A DNA stretch of 40,022 nt. Source: a virus (lineage: Duplodnaviria > Caudoviricetes). The translations under genes and the position numbers were made by a program. The notes beneath the pieces were generated by a model that saw only the letters and a list, made by a program, of their open reading frames with translations, made no database searches and was not told the DNA's origin. Each line of letters begins with the position of its first letter. Positions within the stretch are counted from its first letter, which is position 1. The stretch lies in IMG/VR virus record IMGVR_UViG_3300027769_000060, positions 1 to 40,022 of that record, one strand, 5' to 3'. Below are positions 16,829 to 26,811 of the stretch, piece after piece.

Positions 16829-19800
16829 CGGAAGTTCTTGACGCCGACATTTTTAATACTCAGCCTGCTACTGGCGGAGCATTAGACGCAAGTATTTTTG
16901 CTGCGCCTGCTGCACCTGTTGCGCCTACCGGCCCGAAAACAGCAAGCGGGCCTGTTGAAGCATTTGAAGCCGGTTACGAAAATTCAGTCCTTGGCTTGGC
17001 CGGACGCGGAAAACTGCCGGATGTTCAATTAAAATCCGAACATGAGGCTTGGTATAACAAACTTGCCGCAGGCGTTGGCCAATTAGCTGGCGACTTTCCC
17101 GCCATGGTTGCTGGCGGTATTGCTGGCGGCATAGCTGGTTCAGAAGTCCCTATTATCGGCAACGTCGTTGGCGCAGGCGCAGGAGCCTTTGCTGTTCCAA
17201 CCGCAATTCGTGAGTCTTTAATTAGCGCCTATCAGAATGGCTCTATTAAAAACACAGCCGACTTCTTAACACGCGCGTCAATTATCATTCCCAAAGTTGC
17301 TGAAGACGCCGTTGTTGGCGGCTTAACTGCTGGCGTTGGCGGCTATGCTTTAAAAGGCGCTGAAGCCGCTGGTTTGGGCTGGAAAGGAACCGCAGCAGTT
17401 ACAGGCGGCGCGGAAGCAGCCACATTAACTGTAGCCCCTGCTGCACTTGAAGGTCGATTGCCAGAATGGGACGATTTCGCCAACGCGGCGATCATGGTTG
17501 GAGGTCTGAAAGCTGTTAATGCCGTAAGTCGCCGCGTGTCTAATGTTTTTGCCAAGACGGGCGTTGATCCGGCACAGGTAACTTTGGACGCGCGCCTTGA
17601 TCCTCAGATCATGGATGATTTGGGCGTTCCTCCCCGTATTACGCCTGCTATTGATCAATGGAAAACAACTGCCGCCACGCCTTTAAAAGCTGATGGGATA
17701 AACAACAGCGGCGAATTAGTTGGGCGTTTAAAAGAAACACTTGGCGAAGATCATTTCGCTACTAAGATTCTGGAAAAGCTAGAGCCTAACCTTAAAGGCT
17801 ATAAGATTGAGGTTTTGCCAGATAGCGAATGGGCTTTTAGAGGCTACTCTGACAAGCGTATGGCGCAAGCCAATCCTAAGACCAATAGTTTGCAATTTCG
17901 TGAGGGCGTTAAACTTGAATCTGCTTTCCATGAGGTTATTCACGAAGCGACACAGACAGAATTAAGAACTAACCCACAATTTACGAGCGAAATAACTGGA
18001 ATTATGTCCCATGTCCGCGACAGCATCGCGGCGGGTGTTGAAGGCGTTTCGCGGACGGATTTGCAACGAGTTAAAAAGGCGTTGCAGAACCCGGCTGAAT
18101 TTGTTGCTTACGGCATGAGTTCGCCCGAAACGATCAACGTTTTGCGCGGCATACGGGGTGTCGGCCAATCCCCGACCATGTTCACCACATTTGTTCAATC
18201 TGTCGCCAAGGCGTTCGGCTTTGGTGAAAAAGATTATACGGCAATGCACGATCTTATTCGCTCAGTCGAAAAAGGCGTCGAAAAGCCGGAAGTCATTGGC
18301 TCTGTCGAACTCGCGCCAGAAGCCGCAAAAGCCACTGGTTCTGTAGAATCTGCACCAAACGTTCCGCCTGAGATTCCGCGCGCTTATCAAAAAATGGCGT
18401 TGGACGCTAATACTAAAGAAGCCGTTTCATTCAGTCAAAAAGCTGAACTTATGAACGTGAATAATCCTTTTACGCCATACGAAAAGGTTCCAGGCGAACC
18501 CTCCCGCGGCATAAACATGAACTTTGATCGTCTTAATACGACAGACGAAATCAAGGACGTGATCGCCAAAACTTCGCAAGTCTATGAAGAAGAAATTAAT
18601 GCGCAACGCCGTGGTAAAGTTTCTTGGGAAGAGACTGAGTTAGAAGCTGCCGTCAAACTGAAAGAGTATCTTGGCGCAGATCCCGCCCCTGTTCGTCAAC
18701 CCGGAACTCCAGCAGGCGCAGCAGAACTGCTTGCTCGCAAAGTTATGGTAGAGAAAGCGGCTGAAGATAATCGGTTGCGCGCAGAAGAATATTCTAAACT
18801 AGAAAACCCTACGCTTGAACAAACTGCTGACTTTCTGGCTTCATTCGACAGATTAGCCGCCATCCAAGCGCAGTTTTTGGGCGCTCGCGCTGAAGTTGGT
18901 CGCGCATTAAATATTTTAAAGAACACGGGTGACGCTCTTAAAAAGACCGAAGCTGTTAAAGACTTGATGGATCGTTACGGGAATGATCCTAAAGCCTTGG
19001 CAGAAATGATCCTTGGCTTAGACAATATTGAACAAGCCGCTAAATTTGCCCGCGAAGGGAAAGATGCGACGACTTGGGAAAAGACAGTAGAAGCCTATCG
19101 AGCATCGTTAGTCTCAGGTCCAATCTCTCAAATCGCAAACATATTAGGAAACGTTGTTTATATGCCACTTATTCCCATGGTTGACGCAATAGCCGTCATC
19201 CCTGGAAAGATGCGCGGCGGGCAAGATCGTGTTGTTGCGGCTGAACCTCTTGCTCGCGCCACGGGCAATATCATGGGCGCCATGGACGGTCTTCGTATGG
19301 CCGGAACAATTCTTAAAACTGGCGCTCGCCCTGGCGAAAAAGTTGAAGCGGTTAAGAACGCCAATCAAGGAAGATTAGGTGAAATAATTCGCTTACCGTT
19401 CCGCGGATTGTCTGCCGGTGACGCGCTGACCAGAGCCATGGTTGAGCGCGGCGAGGCATACGCTTTGGCCACACGTCAAGCGGTAAAAGAAAATATCAAC
19501 CCATCAACCAGAGAATTTAAGGAACGTGTTGTTCAATTAGCTACAAACCCAACGGCAGAAATGAAAGCGCAGATTGATGTCGCTTCAGATCGCTTCACGT
19601 TTAACAAGGAACTTGGTCCTAAAGGCCGCGCGGTTCAAAACGCTGTTAGAGCCTTAAAGGCTGAATGGGCGCTTCCGTTTGTTAAGACCCCGCTTAACGT
19701 CATGGAAGAAATGCTGCGCTATACGCCGGTTTCTATGACTGTTCCCGAATGGCGTAAGGCTATATCTGAAGGCGGCATATCGCGCGATAAAGCTGCGGCA

Positions 19801-20748
19801 GAGTTTGTTGTCGGCGCTGGAATTGGCGCTTTAGTTTGGGCTGGCGCAGCAAACGGCTTTATTACAGGCGGCGGCGATCCTGATCCACGTAAACGCGCCA
19901 CGCAAATGGCTACCGGCTGGCAACCATACAGCATCAAATACAACGATAAATACTATAGCTATCAGCGCCTTGCACCTGTCGGCACATTGATGGGTATGTA
20001 TGCCGATATGCAGAATATTTGGGAACAATCGTCCACTCAAGAACGCGACGTTTTAGCCAAAATGGGCGCTGTGGCTTTTGCTAATGCCATTACGAACCAA
20101 ACGTTTTTAGCGGGCATGACCCAAGTATTGAACGCAATTAATGACCCTACTAGCCGCGGCATGAAATTTATTCAGAATTTTGTTGCCAGCGCTGCGGTTC
20201 CAACACTGGTTAGTCAGGTCAATCAAATGACCGACCCGTATCAGCGGGAAGTAAACGGCATTATTGATGCAATTAAAGCTCGCACTCCTGGCATGTCTGA
20301 AACACTTACGCCGAAGCGCGATGCCTTTGGCGAAGAGATAGCCACTAAAGAACGCCCGCTTGGCTTGTTACCCATAACCGTAACAACACAGTCAACGGAT
20401 AAAGTGCGCAACGAGGCTTCTAGGCTTGGACTTGGCTTTGCCAAGGCTCCTGACAGCATTCAAATACCGTCCAAAGGCGACAAAAAACTTGGCCGTATTG
20501 ATTTGACGCCAGAACAAAAGGATCAGTTTGGCAGGATTGCAGGCGAAATGGCTTACAAGCAGTTGGAGCCAATAGTTAATTCGCCTCAGTGGAACACAAT
20601 GCCGGATATGATTCAAAAAGAGTATTACACAAGGATTATGGACTTGGCTCGAAAGGCAGCAGCGGCGACAGTTGTTACACCCGCTCAGAGACAAGAAAAG
20701 GCATCCGTCGTTCAAAGTGAATTGAATAAGCGGATGCAACCGAAATGA
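16825..20748 (+). CDS. Large internal virion (ejection) protein with embedded zincin-like domain
   Basis: 1307 aa; glycine-zipper N-terminus; FHEVIHE...AEFVAY; PFVKTPLN and GWQPYSIK C-terminal motifs. Confidence 0.8.
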   Translation: MTEVLDADIFNTQPATGGALDASIFAAPAAPVAPTGPKTASGPVEAFEAGYENSVLGLAGRGKLPDVQLKSEHEAWYNKLAAGVGQLAGDFPAMVAGGIAGGIAGSEVPIIGNVVGAGAGAFAVPTAIRESLISAYQNGSIKNTADFLTRASIIIPKVAEDAVVGGLTAGVGGYALKGAEAAGLGWKGTAAVTGGAEAATLTVAPAALEGRLPEWDDFANAAIMVGGLKAVNAVSRRVSNVFAKTGVDPAQVTLDARLDPQIMDDLGVPPRITPAIDQWKTTAATPLKADGINNSGELVGRLKETLGEDHFATKILEKLEPNLKGYKIEVLPDSEWAFRGYSDKRMAQANPKTNSLQFREGVKLESAFHEVIHEATQTELRTNPQFTSEITGIMSHVRDSIAAGVEGVSRTDLQRVKKALQNPAEFVAYGMSSPETINVLRGIRGVGQSPTMFTTFVQSVAKAFGFGEKDYTAMHDLIRSVEKGVEKPEVIGSVELAPEAAKATGSVESAPNVPPEIPRAYQKMALDANTKEAVSFSQKAELMNVNNPFTPYEKVPGEPSRGINMNFDRLNTTDEIKDVIAKTSQVYEEEINAQRRGKVSWEETELEAAVKLKEYLGADPAPVRQPGTPAGAAELLARKVMVEKAAEDNRLRAEEYSKLENPTLEQTADFLASFDRLAAIQAQFLGARAEVGRALNILKNTGDALKKTEAVKDLMDRYGNDPKALAEMILGLDNIEQAAKFAREGKDATTWEKTVEAYRASLVSGPISQIANILGNVVYMPLIPMVDAIAVIPGKMRGGQDRVVAAEPLARATGNIMGAMDGLRMAGTILKTGARPGEKVEAVKNANQGRLGEIIRLPFRGLSAGDALTRAMVERGEAYALATRQAVKENINPSTREFKERVVQLATNPTAEMKAQIDVASDRFTFNKELGPKGRAVQNAVRALKAEWALPFVKTPLNVMEEMLRYTPVSMTVPEWRKAISEGGISRDKAAAEFVVGAGIGALVWAGAANGFITGGGDPDPRKRATQMATGWQPYSIKYNDKYYSYQRLAPVGTLMGMYADMQNIWEQSSTQERDVLAKMGAVAFANAITNQTFLAGMTQVLNAINDPTSRGMKFIQNFVASAAVPTLVSQVNQMTDPYQREVNGIIDAIKARTPGMSETLTPKRDAFGEEIATKERPLGLLPITVTTQSTDKVRNEASRLGLGFAKAPDSIQIPSKGDKKLGRIDLTPEQKDQFGRIAGEMAYKQLEPIVNSPQWNTMPDMIQKEYYTRIMDLARKAAAATVVTPAQRQEKASVVQSELNKRMQPK

Positions 20749-20766
20749 CTATATTTTTCGTCCAAA

Positions 20767-20785
20767 TGTTGCGATAATGCTATCG
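20767..20785 (+). promoter_or_regulatory. 19-bp motif copy TGTTGCGATAATGCTATCG upstream of tail fibre
   Basis: Matches the dispersed motif; in the 50-bp intergenic gap. Confidence 0.55.
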
Positions 20786-20798
20786 TGTTGGGGATACT

Positions 20799-22460
20799 AT
20801 GACAGTTCAATCGACCACATCGCGCGCTGACTATAATGGAAACGGGTCAACGACTTCGTTCACGATCCCGTTTTATTTTTTGGACAACACGCATGTCACG
20901 GTGATTCGGACAACCATTGCCACGGGCGATGCGACAACCCTAGTTCTTGGCACTGACTACACTTTGACGGGCGCAGGCGTAACAAGTGGTGGAACCGCAA
21001 CAACTACTGTCGCTCCAACCTCTGCACAGAAACTATCTATTCTTCGCAGTATCCCATTAACTCAGCTTACCCATTACGTCGAAAACGATCCCTTTCCTGC
21101 CGCCTCGCACGAAAAGGCGCTTGATCAGTTAACGATGGAAAACCAGCAGATTAATGAAGCTGTTGGCCGTTCTATCAAATTGTCATCGACCAATACGATG
21201 ACATCAACTGAATTTACAGTTACGGCAACAGACCGCGCTAACAAAGTGTTGGGTTTTGATGCTACTGGCGAATTGTCTGTTACGCAGGAACTTGGCACAT
21301 ATCGTGGAAATTGGTCATCTGGCGTTGTTTATAAAGTTCGTGATCTGATCAAAGACACGTCGAACAATAACATTTATATTTGCATCACTGGTCACACGTC
21401 ATCTGGCTCACAGCCAATAAGCACCAATACGGATGCGGCTAAATGGTCGCTTATTGTTGATGCTGCATCAGCTTCGTCATCAGCTTCAGCAGCAGCATCA
21501 AGCGCTTCAGCGGCAGCTACTTCAGCCTCATCTAGCGCCTCAAGTGCTTCATCGGCGTCTAGTTCTGCCTCATCTAGTGCCACAAGCGCAACAAATGCTG
21601 CGACATCAGCGACAAACGCTGCTTCTAGCGCGTCATCAGCGTCAACCAGCGCTACAAATGCGGCCACTAGCTATACGACATTTCATAATCAGTATTATGG
21701 ATCATATTCGAGTGATCCAACAACTCGCCCTGACGGCTCATCAAGAACCACAGGCGATTTATATTGGAATAGCACTACAAGTGCGATGAAAGCATGGAGC
21801 GGTAGCGCATGGACTACCGCTTATAATACAGGTGGCGGGTCAGCTTTGATCGCCACGAATAACCTTTCTGATCTTACGAATACAACTACAGCTAGAACGA
21901 ATCTTGGTCTTGGCGCGCTTGCTACTGTTACGCCTGGAACTGGTGTAGCTACAGCGGCAGCAGCGGCGATTGATGCGACCGGCGGCTTTATATCTTACGC
22001 CACTTATCAGCCTGCTAGCGGTAAAACATTAGTCGTTAGCAATTCGATTACGCTTGCTGGCACTGATAGCACAACGATGACTTTCCCGGCGTCTAATACG
22101 ACGTTGGCAGGCTTGGCTATTGCACAATCGTTTAGCAAAGCTCAACGTGGCACAATTAGCGCGCTCACAGACGGGGCAACAATAACGCCAGATTTTAGCT
22201 TGGCTAATAATTACAGCGTAACGCTTGGCGGCAACAGAACACTTGCTAATCCAACAAATCTGACAGCCGGACAGTCGGGCATAGTAATTATTACGCAGGA
22301 TGGAACAGGAAGCCGCACTTTGGCTTATGGCTCTTATTGGAAATTCCCAAGCGGAACTGCGCCAACTCTAACGACGACTGCAAGCGCTGTTGATGCACTT
22401 GTCTATTATGTCGAAAGCTCAACGCGCATTTCAGCAAGATTGGTAAATGATCTAAAATGA
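20799..22460 (+). CDS. Proximal tail fibre protein
   Basis: Podovirus anchor N-terminus (YNGNGSTTSFTIPFYF, EKALDQLTM), CBM-like segment, Ser/Ala heptad stretch, C-terminal adapter-like domain. Confidence 0.85.
   Translation: MTVQSTTSRADYNGNGSTTSFTIPFYFLDNTHVTVIRTTIATGDATTLVLGTDYTLTGAGVTSGGTATTTVAPTSAQKLSILRSIPLTQLTHYVENDPFPAASHEKALDQLTMENQQINEAVGRSIKLSSTNTMTSTEFTVTATDRANKVLGFDATGELSVTQELGTYRGNWSSGVVYKVRDLIKDTSNNNIYICITGHTSSGSQPISTNTDAAKWSLIVDAASASSSASAAASSASAAATSASSSASSASSASSSASSSATSATNAATSATNAASSASSASTSATNAATSYTTFHNQYYGSYSSDPTTRPDGSSRTTGDLYWNSTTSAMKAWSGSAWTTAYNTGGGSALIATNNLSDLTNTTTARTNLGLGALATVTPGTGVATAAAAAIDATGGFISYATYQPASGKTLVVSNSITLAGTDSTTMTFPASNTTLAGLAIAQSFSKAQRGTISALTDGATITPDFSLANNYSVTLGGNRTLANPTNLTAGQSGIVIITQDGTGSRTLAYGSYWKFPSGTAPTLTTTASAVDALVYYVESSTRISARLVNDLK
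21460..21672 (+). repeat. Degenerate 21-nt (heptad) Ser/Ala/Thr coding repeat
   Basis: SAAASSA/SAAATSA/TNAATSA-type units, about 10 copies. Confidence 0.75.
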
Positions 22461-24898
22461 CCGTTCCTGCTTCAATCAATCCGCTATTCTTTGACGCTGC
22501 ATCCGGCGGCTACCAAATCAGCCGCAGCCTACGTTTTCGCTCGTCTGCAAGCGCGTATTTGAGTAGGACTTTTGCATCAGGTAATAGACAGACTTGGACT
22601 TGGAGCGGTTGGTTAAAGCGTGGGGCGCTGGGGTCTTCCCCAATTATATTTCAAAGCGCTGGCGCCGGAGGGTTTGGCGTAGAAGGTTTCATATCATTTA
22701 ACTCTGACGCTTTTGCTATTCAATTTGATTATAATGGTGGGTCTAGGTGGCAGCTGATAACTACAGCGGTTTATCGTGACCCATCTGCTTTTTATCATCT
22801 TGTCGTAGTAGCAGATACTACAAATGCAACATCTGGCGATAGATTAAGATTGTATGTCAATGGTTCTCGTGTTACCGCATTTTCGACATCTAGTTATCCA
22901 ACCCAAAATGCAAATGGCACTTTAAACCAAGCATATAGTCACGCTATATCCGCTCGCGTAGGCCCTTCTGATTACTTTGACGGCTACCTAGCCGAAGTAA
23001 ACTTCATCGACGGCCAAGCATTAGACCCAACATCATTCGGCGCATACGACACAACAACTGGCGTATGGGGGCCGAAGAAATACACTGGCACATATGGCAC
23101 AAATGGTTTTTATCTAAACTTTAGCGATAACAGCGGCGCTACATCTACAACGATTGGCAAAGATAGCTCCGGCAATAGCAATAACTGGACGCCTAATAAT
23201 ATCAGCGTCACCTCCGGCACAACATACGACAGTATGATTGACAGCCCAACGCCATACGCTGACGGCGGTAATGGGCGGGGGAATTATGCTACTTGGAACC
23301 CGTTATTCGGTGGCAATGGTAGTTATCTCAGTCAAGCAAATTTAAATTTTGAAACCGCATCTGCATATAAAGCTACAATTAGCACAATAGGACTGCCAAA
23401 CAGTGGTTTGTGGTATGTAGAAGGCACGATAAAAGCAACAGGTGGAAGCTCAAGTATTGTAACATTTGGTGTTGCAAAACAGAATGTTGACCCAAATGCT
23501 TTAGGCTATAACACGGCAAATGCTTGGTCTGTTACATCAGAAACTACTTTTTACGCAGTAGTAAATGGAACTGCTTCACAATCTTGGTCTAGTGGCAGAT
23601 GGGTAACTGGTGAAGTTGCTAGACTTGCTATTGATATGAATAATGGAAGAATGTGGGTAGGAAATAGCACTGTTTGGTTTGGTTCAACATCAAACAGCAC
23701 TAATGGCGACCCAGTTAATGGGACAAACCCGACTATCACTGGTTTACCAAGTGATTTATTTGTATGGACATCGGCTTACGCAAATGGTGTCAATATTAAT
23801 TTTGGACAAAGGCCTTTTTCATTAACGCCCCCATCTGGCTTCTCCGCGCTTAACACTCAGAATTTACCAACGCCGACGATTAAGAACGGCGCGCAGTATA
23901 TGGCGGCGGTGACATATACAGGAACCGGTTCCCTGACAACAAGAACAGGACTTGCGCTATCTACTGCACCAGGGCTTATTTGGATTAAAGGTCGATCTAC
24001 CACTTCTGACCAAGTTGTCGAAGACTCTTTAACAGGCACCTCCGTTGTGCGATTTACTAACTTAACTAACGGCGATGGGGCAACTGGCGGCGGTTGGATA
24101 CAAAACTTTTCTACCACGGGCTTTTCGACAGACATAAATCTCCCAATCAATACTAACGGTGCTACTTACGTTGCGTGGGCTTGGGCTGGCGGCGGCACAG
24201 GCGTAACCAACACATCTGGCTCAATTACCAGTCAGGTCAGCGCGAATGTTTCGGCTGGATTTAGTATTGTGACTTATACTGGCACTGGCGCTAATGCGAC
24301 TGTCGGACACGGGCTTGGTGTTGCGCCGAGTATGATTATTGTTAAATCTAAAGATTATGCCGATAATTGGTATATATACAATACATCTATAGGAAATACT
24401 AAATATTTACTTTTAAATGGAACCCAAGCAGCGGCAGTTGATGCAAAATGGAATAATACAACACCAACATCTTCTGTATTTAGTCTAGGCGGCGCTGGAT
24501 ACGGCGTTAATGGTAACGGAAATAGTTACGTCGCCTACTGTTTCGCCCCCGTTGCTGGCTACAGCGCCTTTGGTAGCTATACGGGGAATAATTCGGCTGA
24601 TGGGCCATTTGTGTATTTAGGATTTAGGCCAAGATTTCTTATGATTAAAGACACTACAAGTGCTGGTGCGTGGTGGATTGGCGACAGTTCGCGCGCAACA
24701 AATAACGTAGTTGCTGCGTCACTATTCCCAAACACATCTGGCGCAGAAAGTTCTACATATGACCAATGCGACTTTTTGTCCAATGGGTTTAAATGGCGCG
24801 CAAATAGTGCAAATTCGTGGCCCAACAACGTAAGCGGAAACACTTACATATACGCCGCATTTGCCGAAAACCCCTTTAAAATCAGTAGGGCACGATAA
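22457..24898 (+). CDS. Distal tail fibre / receptor-binding protein with ConA-LamG-like and SPRY-like domains
   Basis: TWTWSGWLKR, FDGYLAEVNFIDG, YGTNGFYLNF, GLWYVE, NFGQRPF..PPSGF, YIYAAFAE motifs. Confidence 0.8.
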   Translation: MTVPASINPLFFDAASGGYQISRSLRFRSSASAYLSRTFASGNRQTWTWSGWLKRGALGSSPIIFQSAGAGGFGVEGFISFNSDAFAIQFDYNGGSRWQLITTAVYRDPSAFYHLVVVADTTNATSGDRLRLYVNGSRVTAFSTSSYPTQNANGTLNQAYSHAISARVGPSDYFDGYLAEVNFIDGQALDPTSFGAYDTTTGVWGPKKYTGTYGTNGFYLNFSDNSGATSTTIGKDSSGNSNNWTPNNISVTSGTTYDSMIDSPTPYADGGNGRGNYATWNPLFGGNGSYLSQANLNFETASAYKATISTIGLPNSGLWYVEGTIKATGGSSSIVTFGVAKQNVDPNALGYNTANAWSVTSETTFYAVVNGTASQSWSSGRWVTGEVARLAIDMNNGRMWVGNSTVWFGSTSNSTNGDPVNGTNPTITGLPSDLFVWTSAYANGVNINFGQRPFSLTPPSGFSALNTQNLPTPTIKNGAQYMAAVTYTGTGSLTTRTGLALSTAPGLIWIKGRSTTSDQVVEDSLTGTSVVRFTNLTNGDGATGGGWIQNFSTTGFSTDINLPINTNGATYVAWAWAGGGTGVTNTSGSITSQVSANVSAGFSIVTYTGTGANATVGHGLGVAPSMIIVKSKDYADNWYIYNTSIGNTKYLLLNGTQAAAVDAKWNNTTPTSSVFSLGGAGYGVNGNGNSYVAYCFAPVAGYSAFGSYTGNNSADGPFVYLGFRPRFLMIKDTTSAGAWWIGDSSRATNNVVAASLFPNTSGAESSTYDQCDFLSNGFKWRANSANSWPNNVSGNTYIYAAFAENPFKISRAR

Positions 24899-25383
24899 TG
24901 TTTTTACTTGACGGACGCATCCTTCAACTTGACACGCCATTTGAACACGATGGAACTTCGTATCCGACAAACTGGTTACGCCTAGCAACGCCAGAAGAAC
25001 GCGCAGCGATTGGCATTACAGAGGTTGTTGAACAGCCAAGGCCAAATGACGCTTTCTACTGGGTTAGTGGCCCTAACGATGACGGCTCTTGGACTGCTAT
25101 CCCAAAAGACTTAGACGGCCTCAAGAAAACTTGGACAGCGCAGTTTAAGCAAACAGCTTACACAATGTTGCTCCCCTCAGATTGGCTCATCATCCGCAAG
25201 CAGGAAATTAACACAGACATTCCCGCCGATTGGACAAGCTATCGTGAGGCTGTTCGCACTACGACTGCGCTTGCCATCAGCGATATGGAAGCGACGACAG
25301 ACATTGAGGCATTTATTGCTTCAGTAACATCAGTGCAGTGGCCTGTGTCGCCGGACACACCTAAGTTAGTCGAGAACGTATAA
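24898..25383 (+). CDS. Tail fibre assembly/chaperone-like protein
   Basis: YPTNWL, LLPSDWLIIR, WTSYREAVR, VQWP motifs; follows the fibre gene. Confidence 0.7.
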   Translation: MFLLDGRILQLDTPFEHDGTSYPTNWLRLATPEERAAIGITEVVEQPRPNDAFYWVSGPNDDGSWTAIPKDLDGLKKTWTAQFKQTAYTMLLPSDWLIIRKQEINTDIPADWTSYREAVRTTTALAISDMEATTDIEAFIASVTSVQWPVSPDTPKLVENV

Positions 25384-25384
25384 C

Positions 25385-25621
25385 ATGAGCGCCGCCATGG
25401 ACTATCAGATAGCATTCAATATAGCCCTTACACTGGCGGCTTTTCTTGGCGGTTACACGCTAAGTAGCATCAGCAAGGCCATTGAACGTCTTGATACTGA
25501 TGTTCGCTCTATGCCTATTAAATATCTATCCAAAGACGACTATCGGGACGATCTCAAGCGCATAGAGGATATGCTTGGCAAAATATTCGACAGGCTAGAT
25601 GGCAAGGTTGATAAGCCATGA
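25385..25621 (+). CDS. Single-TM plus coiled-coil membrane protein (holin-associated/XhlA-like)
   Basis: N-terminal TM, KDDYRDDLKRIEDML..RLDGKVDK; upstream of endolysin. Confidence 0.65.
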   Translation: MSAAMDYQIAFNIALTLAAFLGGYTLSSISKAIERLDTDVRSMPIKYLSKDDYRDDLKRIEDMLGKIFDRLDGKVDKP

Positions 25622-25743
25622 TGCACCCTGACGACATCGCAGCTTTGATGAAGTTAGCGATGTTCGCCACGGCACTGGTTGTTATCATTTTCGCTTATAG
25701 ATGCGGCATTATCGCTTACAAAATGTTGGAATCTTTTCAATGA
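25618..25743 (+). CDS. Small TM protein (41 aa; not in ORF track)
   Basis: MMHPDDIAALMKLAMFATALVVIIFAYRCGIIAYKMLESFQ*; ATGA overlaps with both neighbours. Confidence 0.6.
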   Translation: MMHPDDIAALMKLAMFATALVVIIFAYRCGIIAYKMLESFQ

Positions 25744-26147
25744 TAAACAGTCGAAAGATTGAAGACCTACACCCTACCGTGGCCGCTAAAGCCAAAGCCT
25801 TTATTGCAGCCTGCAAAAAAGCAGGCATCGACATTTTGATCACTTCCACTTACCGCGACAATGAATCTCAGAATGCGATTTATGCTCAAGGGCGCACTAA
25901 GCCAGGGCGGGTTGTTACATACGCCAAGGGCGGGCAATCATTTCATAATTACAGACTGGCATTCGATTTCGTCCCAATCGTTAACGGCAAAGCCATGTGG
26001 AACGATGCGCGCGCTTTTAAACGAGCAAGGGAAATTGGCGAAAGCCTTGGACTTGAAGGGCTTAAGTTTGAGACGGCTCACCTACAATGGACGGGCGGTT
26101 TGACCCTCGCACAACTCCGCGCGGGTAAAACGCCTGCTGTTGCGTGA
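25740..26147 (+). CDS. Endolysin, M15 family L-Ala-D-Glu peptidase
   Basis: TSTYRDNESQNAIYAQGRT, SFHNYRLAFDF, ETAHLQ; start reassigned to 25740. Confidence 0.9.
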   Translation: MINSRKIEDLHPTVAAKAKAFIAACKKAGIDILITSTYRDNESQNAIYAQGRTKPGRVVTYAKGGQSFHNYRLAFDFVPIVNGKAMWNDARAFKRAREIGESLGLEGLKFETAHLQWTGGLTLAQLRAGKTPAVA

Positions 26148-26151
26148 ACTT

Positions 26152-26201
26152 TGTTGCGATAATCCTAATACGTTGCGTTGCTGTAACTTTGCAGTTATAT
26201 A
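26152..26201 (+). promoter_or_regulatory. 19-bp motif copy plus second degenerate copy and putative sigma70 promoter upstream of holin
   Basis: TGTTGCGATAATCCTAATA (26152-26170), CGTTGCGTTGCTGTAACT (26171-26188), TTGCGT-N17-TATATA. Confidence 0.55.
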
Positions 26202-26223
26202 AACTGCTTCGATGGAGGGTAAA

Positions 26224-26406
26224 ATGAATTTCCTCACAATCAACTGGAAGACAACTGCCGCTGGCGTCCTCGCCTTGGCTGGCGTGGCTTACAAGTTTTG
26301 GACAACCAAGACAGTCAGTTCAGAAGACATCACGGCTGTTTTGATTGCGTTTGGTTTGATTGCCGCCAAGGACGTGAACGTTACTGGCGGAAATGTTGAT
26401 CAGTGA
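26224..26406 (+). CDS. Holin-like two-TM protein
   Basis: NWKTTAAGVLAL...GLIAAKD pattern; GGAGG RBS before ATG 26224. Confidence 0.75.
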   Translation: MNFLTINWKTTAAGVLALAGVAYKFWTTKTVSSEDITAVLIAFGLIAAKDVNVTGGNVDQ

Positions 26407-26407
26407 C

Positions 26408-26620
26408 ATGCTTACGCTTCTGCTCGGCATCTTCGGTTCTGCGATAGCCTACTTCATCGTTCGCTATGTTTTGCTGAACCTTGAGGAAATGGGGCGAATG
26501 GAAGAACGCCTTCGCAAAGCCGAGGAAGAAAATCATCGTCTTAAGATTCAAGCCGCCATCTTGGCGAAACCTAAGACTGTAGATGAAACAATTAACGATC
26601 TTAACGCTGGCCGTTTTTAG
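26408..26620 (+). CDS. Putative i-spanin (Rz-like)
   Basis: N-terminal TM followed by coiled coil; overlaps a lipoprotein gene. Confidence 0.7.
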   Translation: MLTLLLGIFGSAIAYFIVRYVLLNLEEMGRMEERLRKAEEENHRLKIQAAILAKPKTVDETINDLNAGRF

Positions 26621-26798
26621 TTTGGCGGCTTGTCAATCAACTCAGTCAGCCAGTGGTAGCTGCCCTCCCATGGTCGATTACACATTAGAGCAACAACAAC
26701 AGGCGGCGAAAGAATTGAAAGGCGTTAGCAAACAGCAAATCGCCCAAATGATCGTTGACTACCGCAAGCTGAGAGAAGCCTGCCGCGTCAGCGAGTAG
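26583..26798 (+). CDS. Putative o-spanin lipoprotein (Rz1-like)
   Basis: Lipobox LAAC; CPP..Y and DYRKLREACR. Confidence 0.75.
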   Translation: MKQLTILTLAVFSLAACQSTQSASGSCPPMVDYTLEQQQQAAKELKGVSKQQIAQMIVDYRKLREACRVSE

Positions 26799-26811
26799 CC
26801 CAGGAGAGAGT

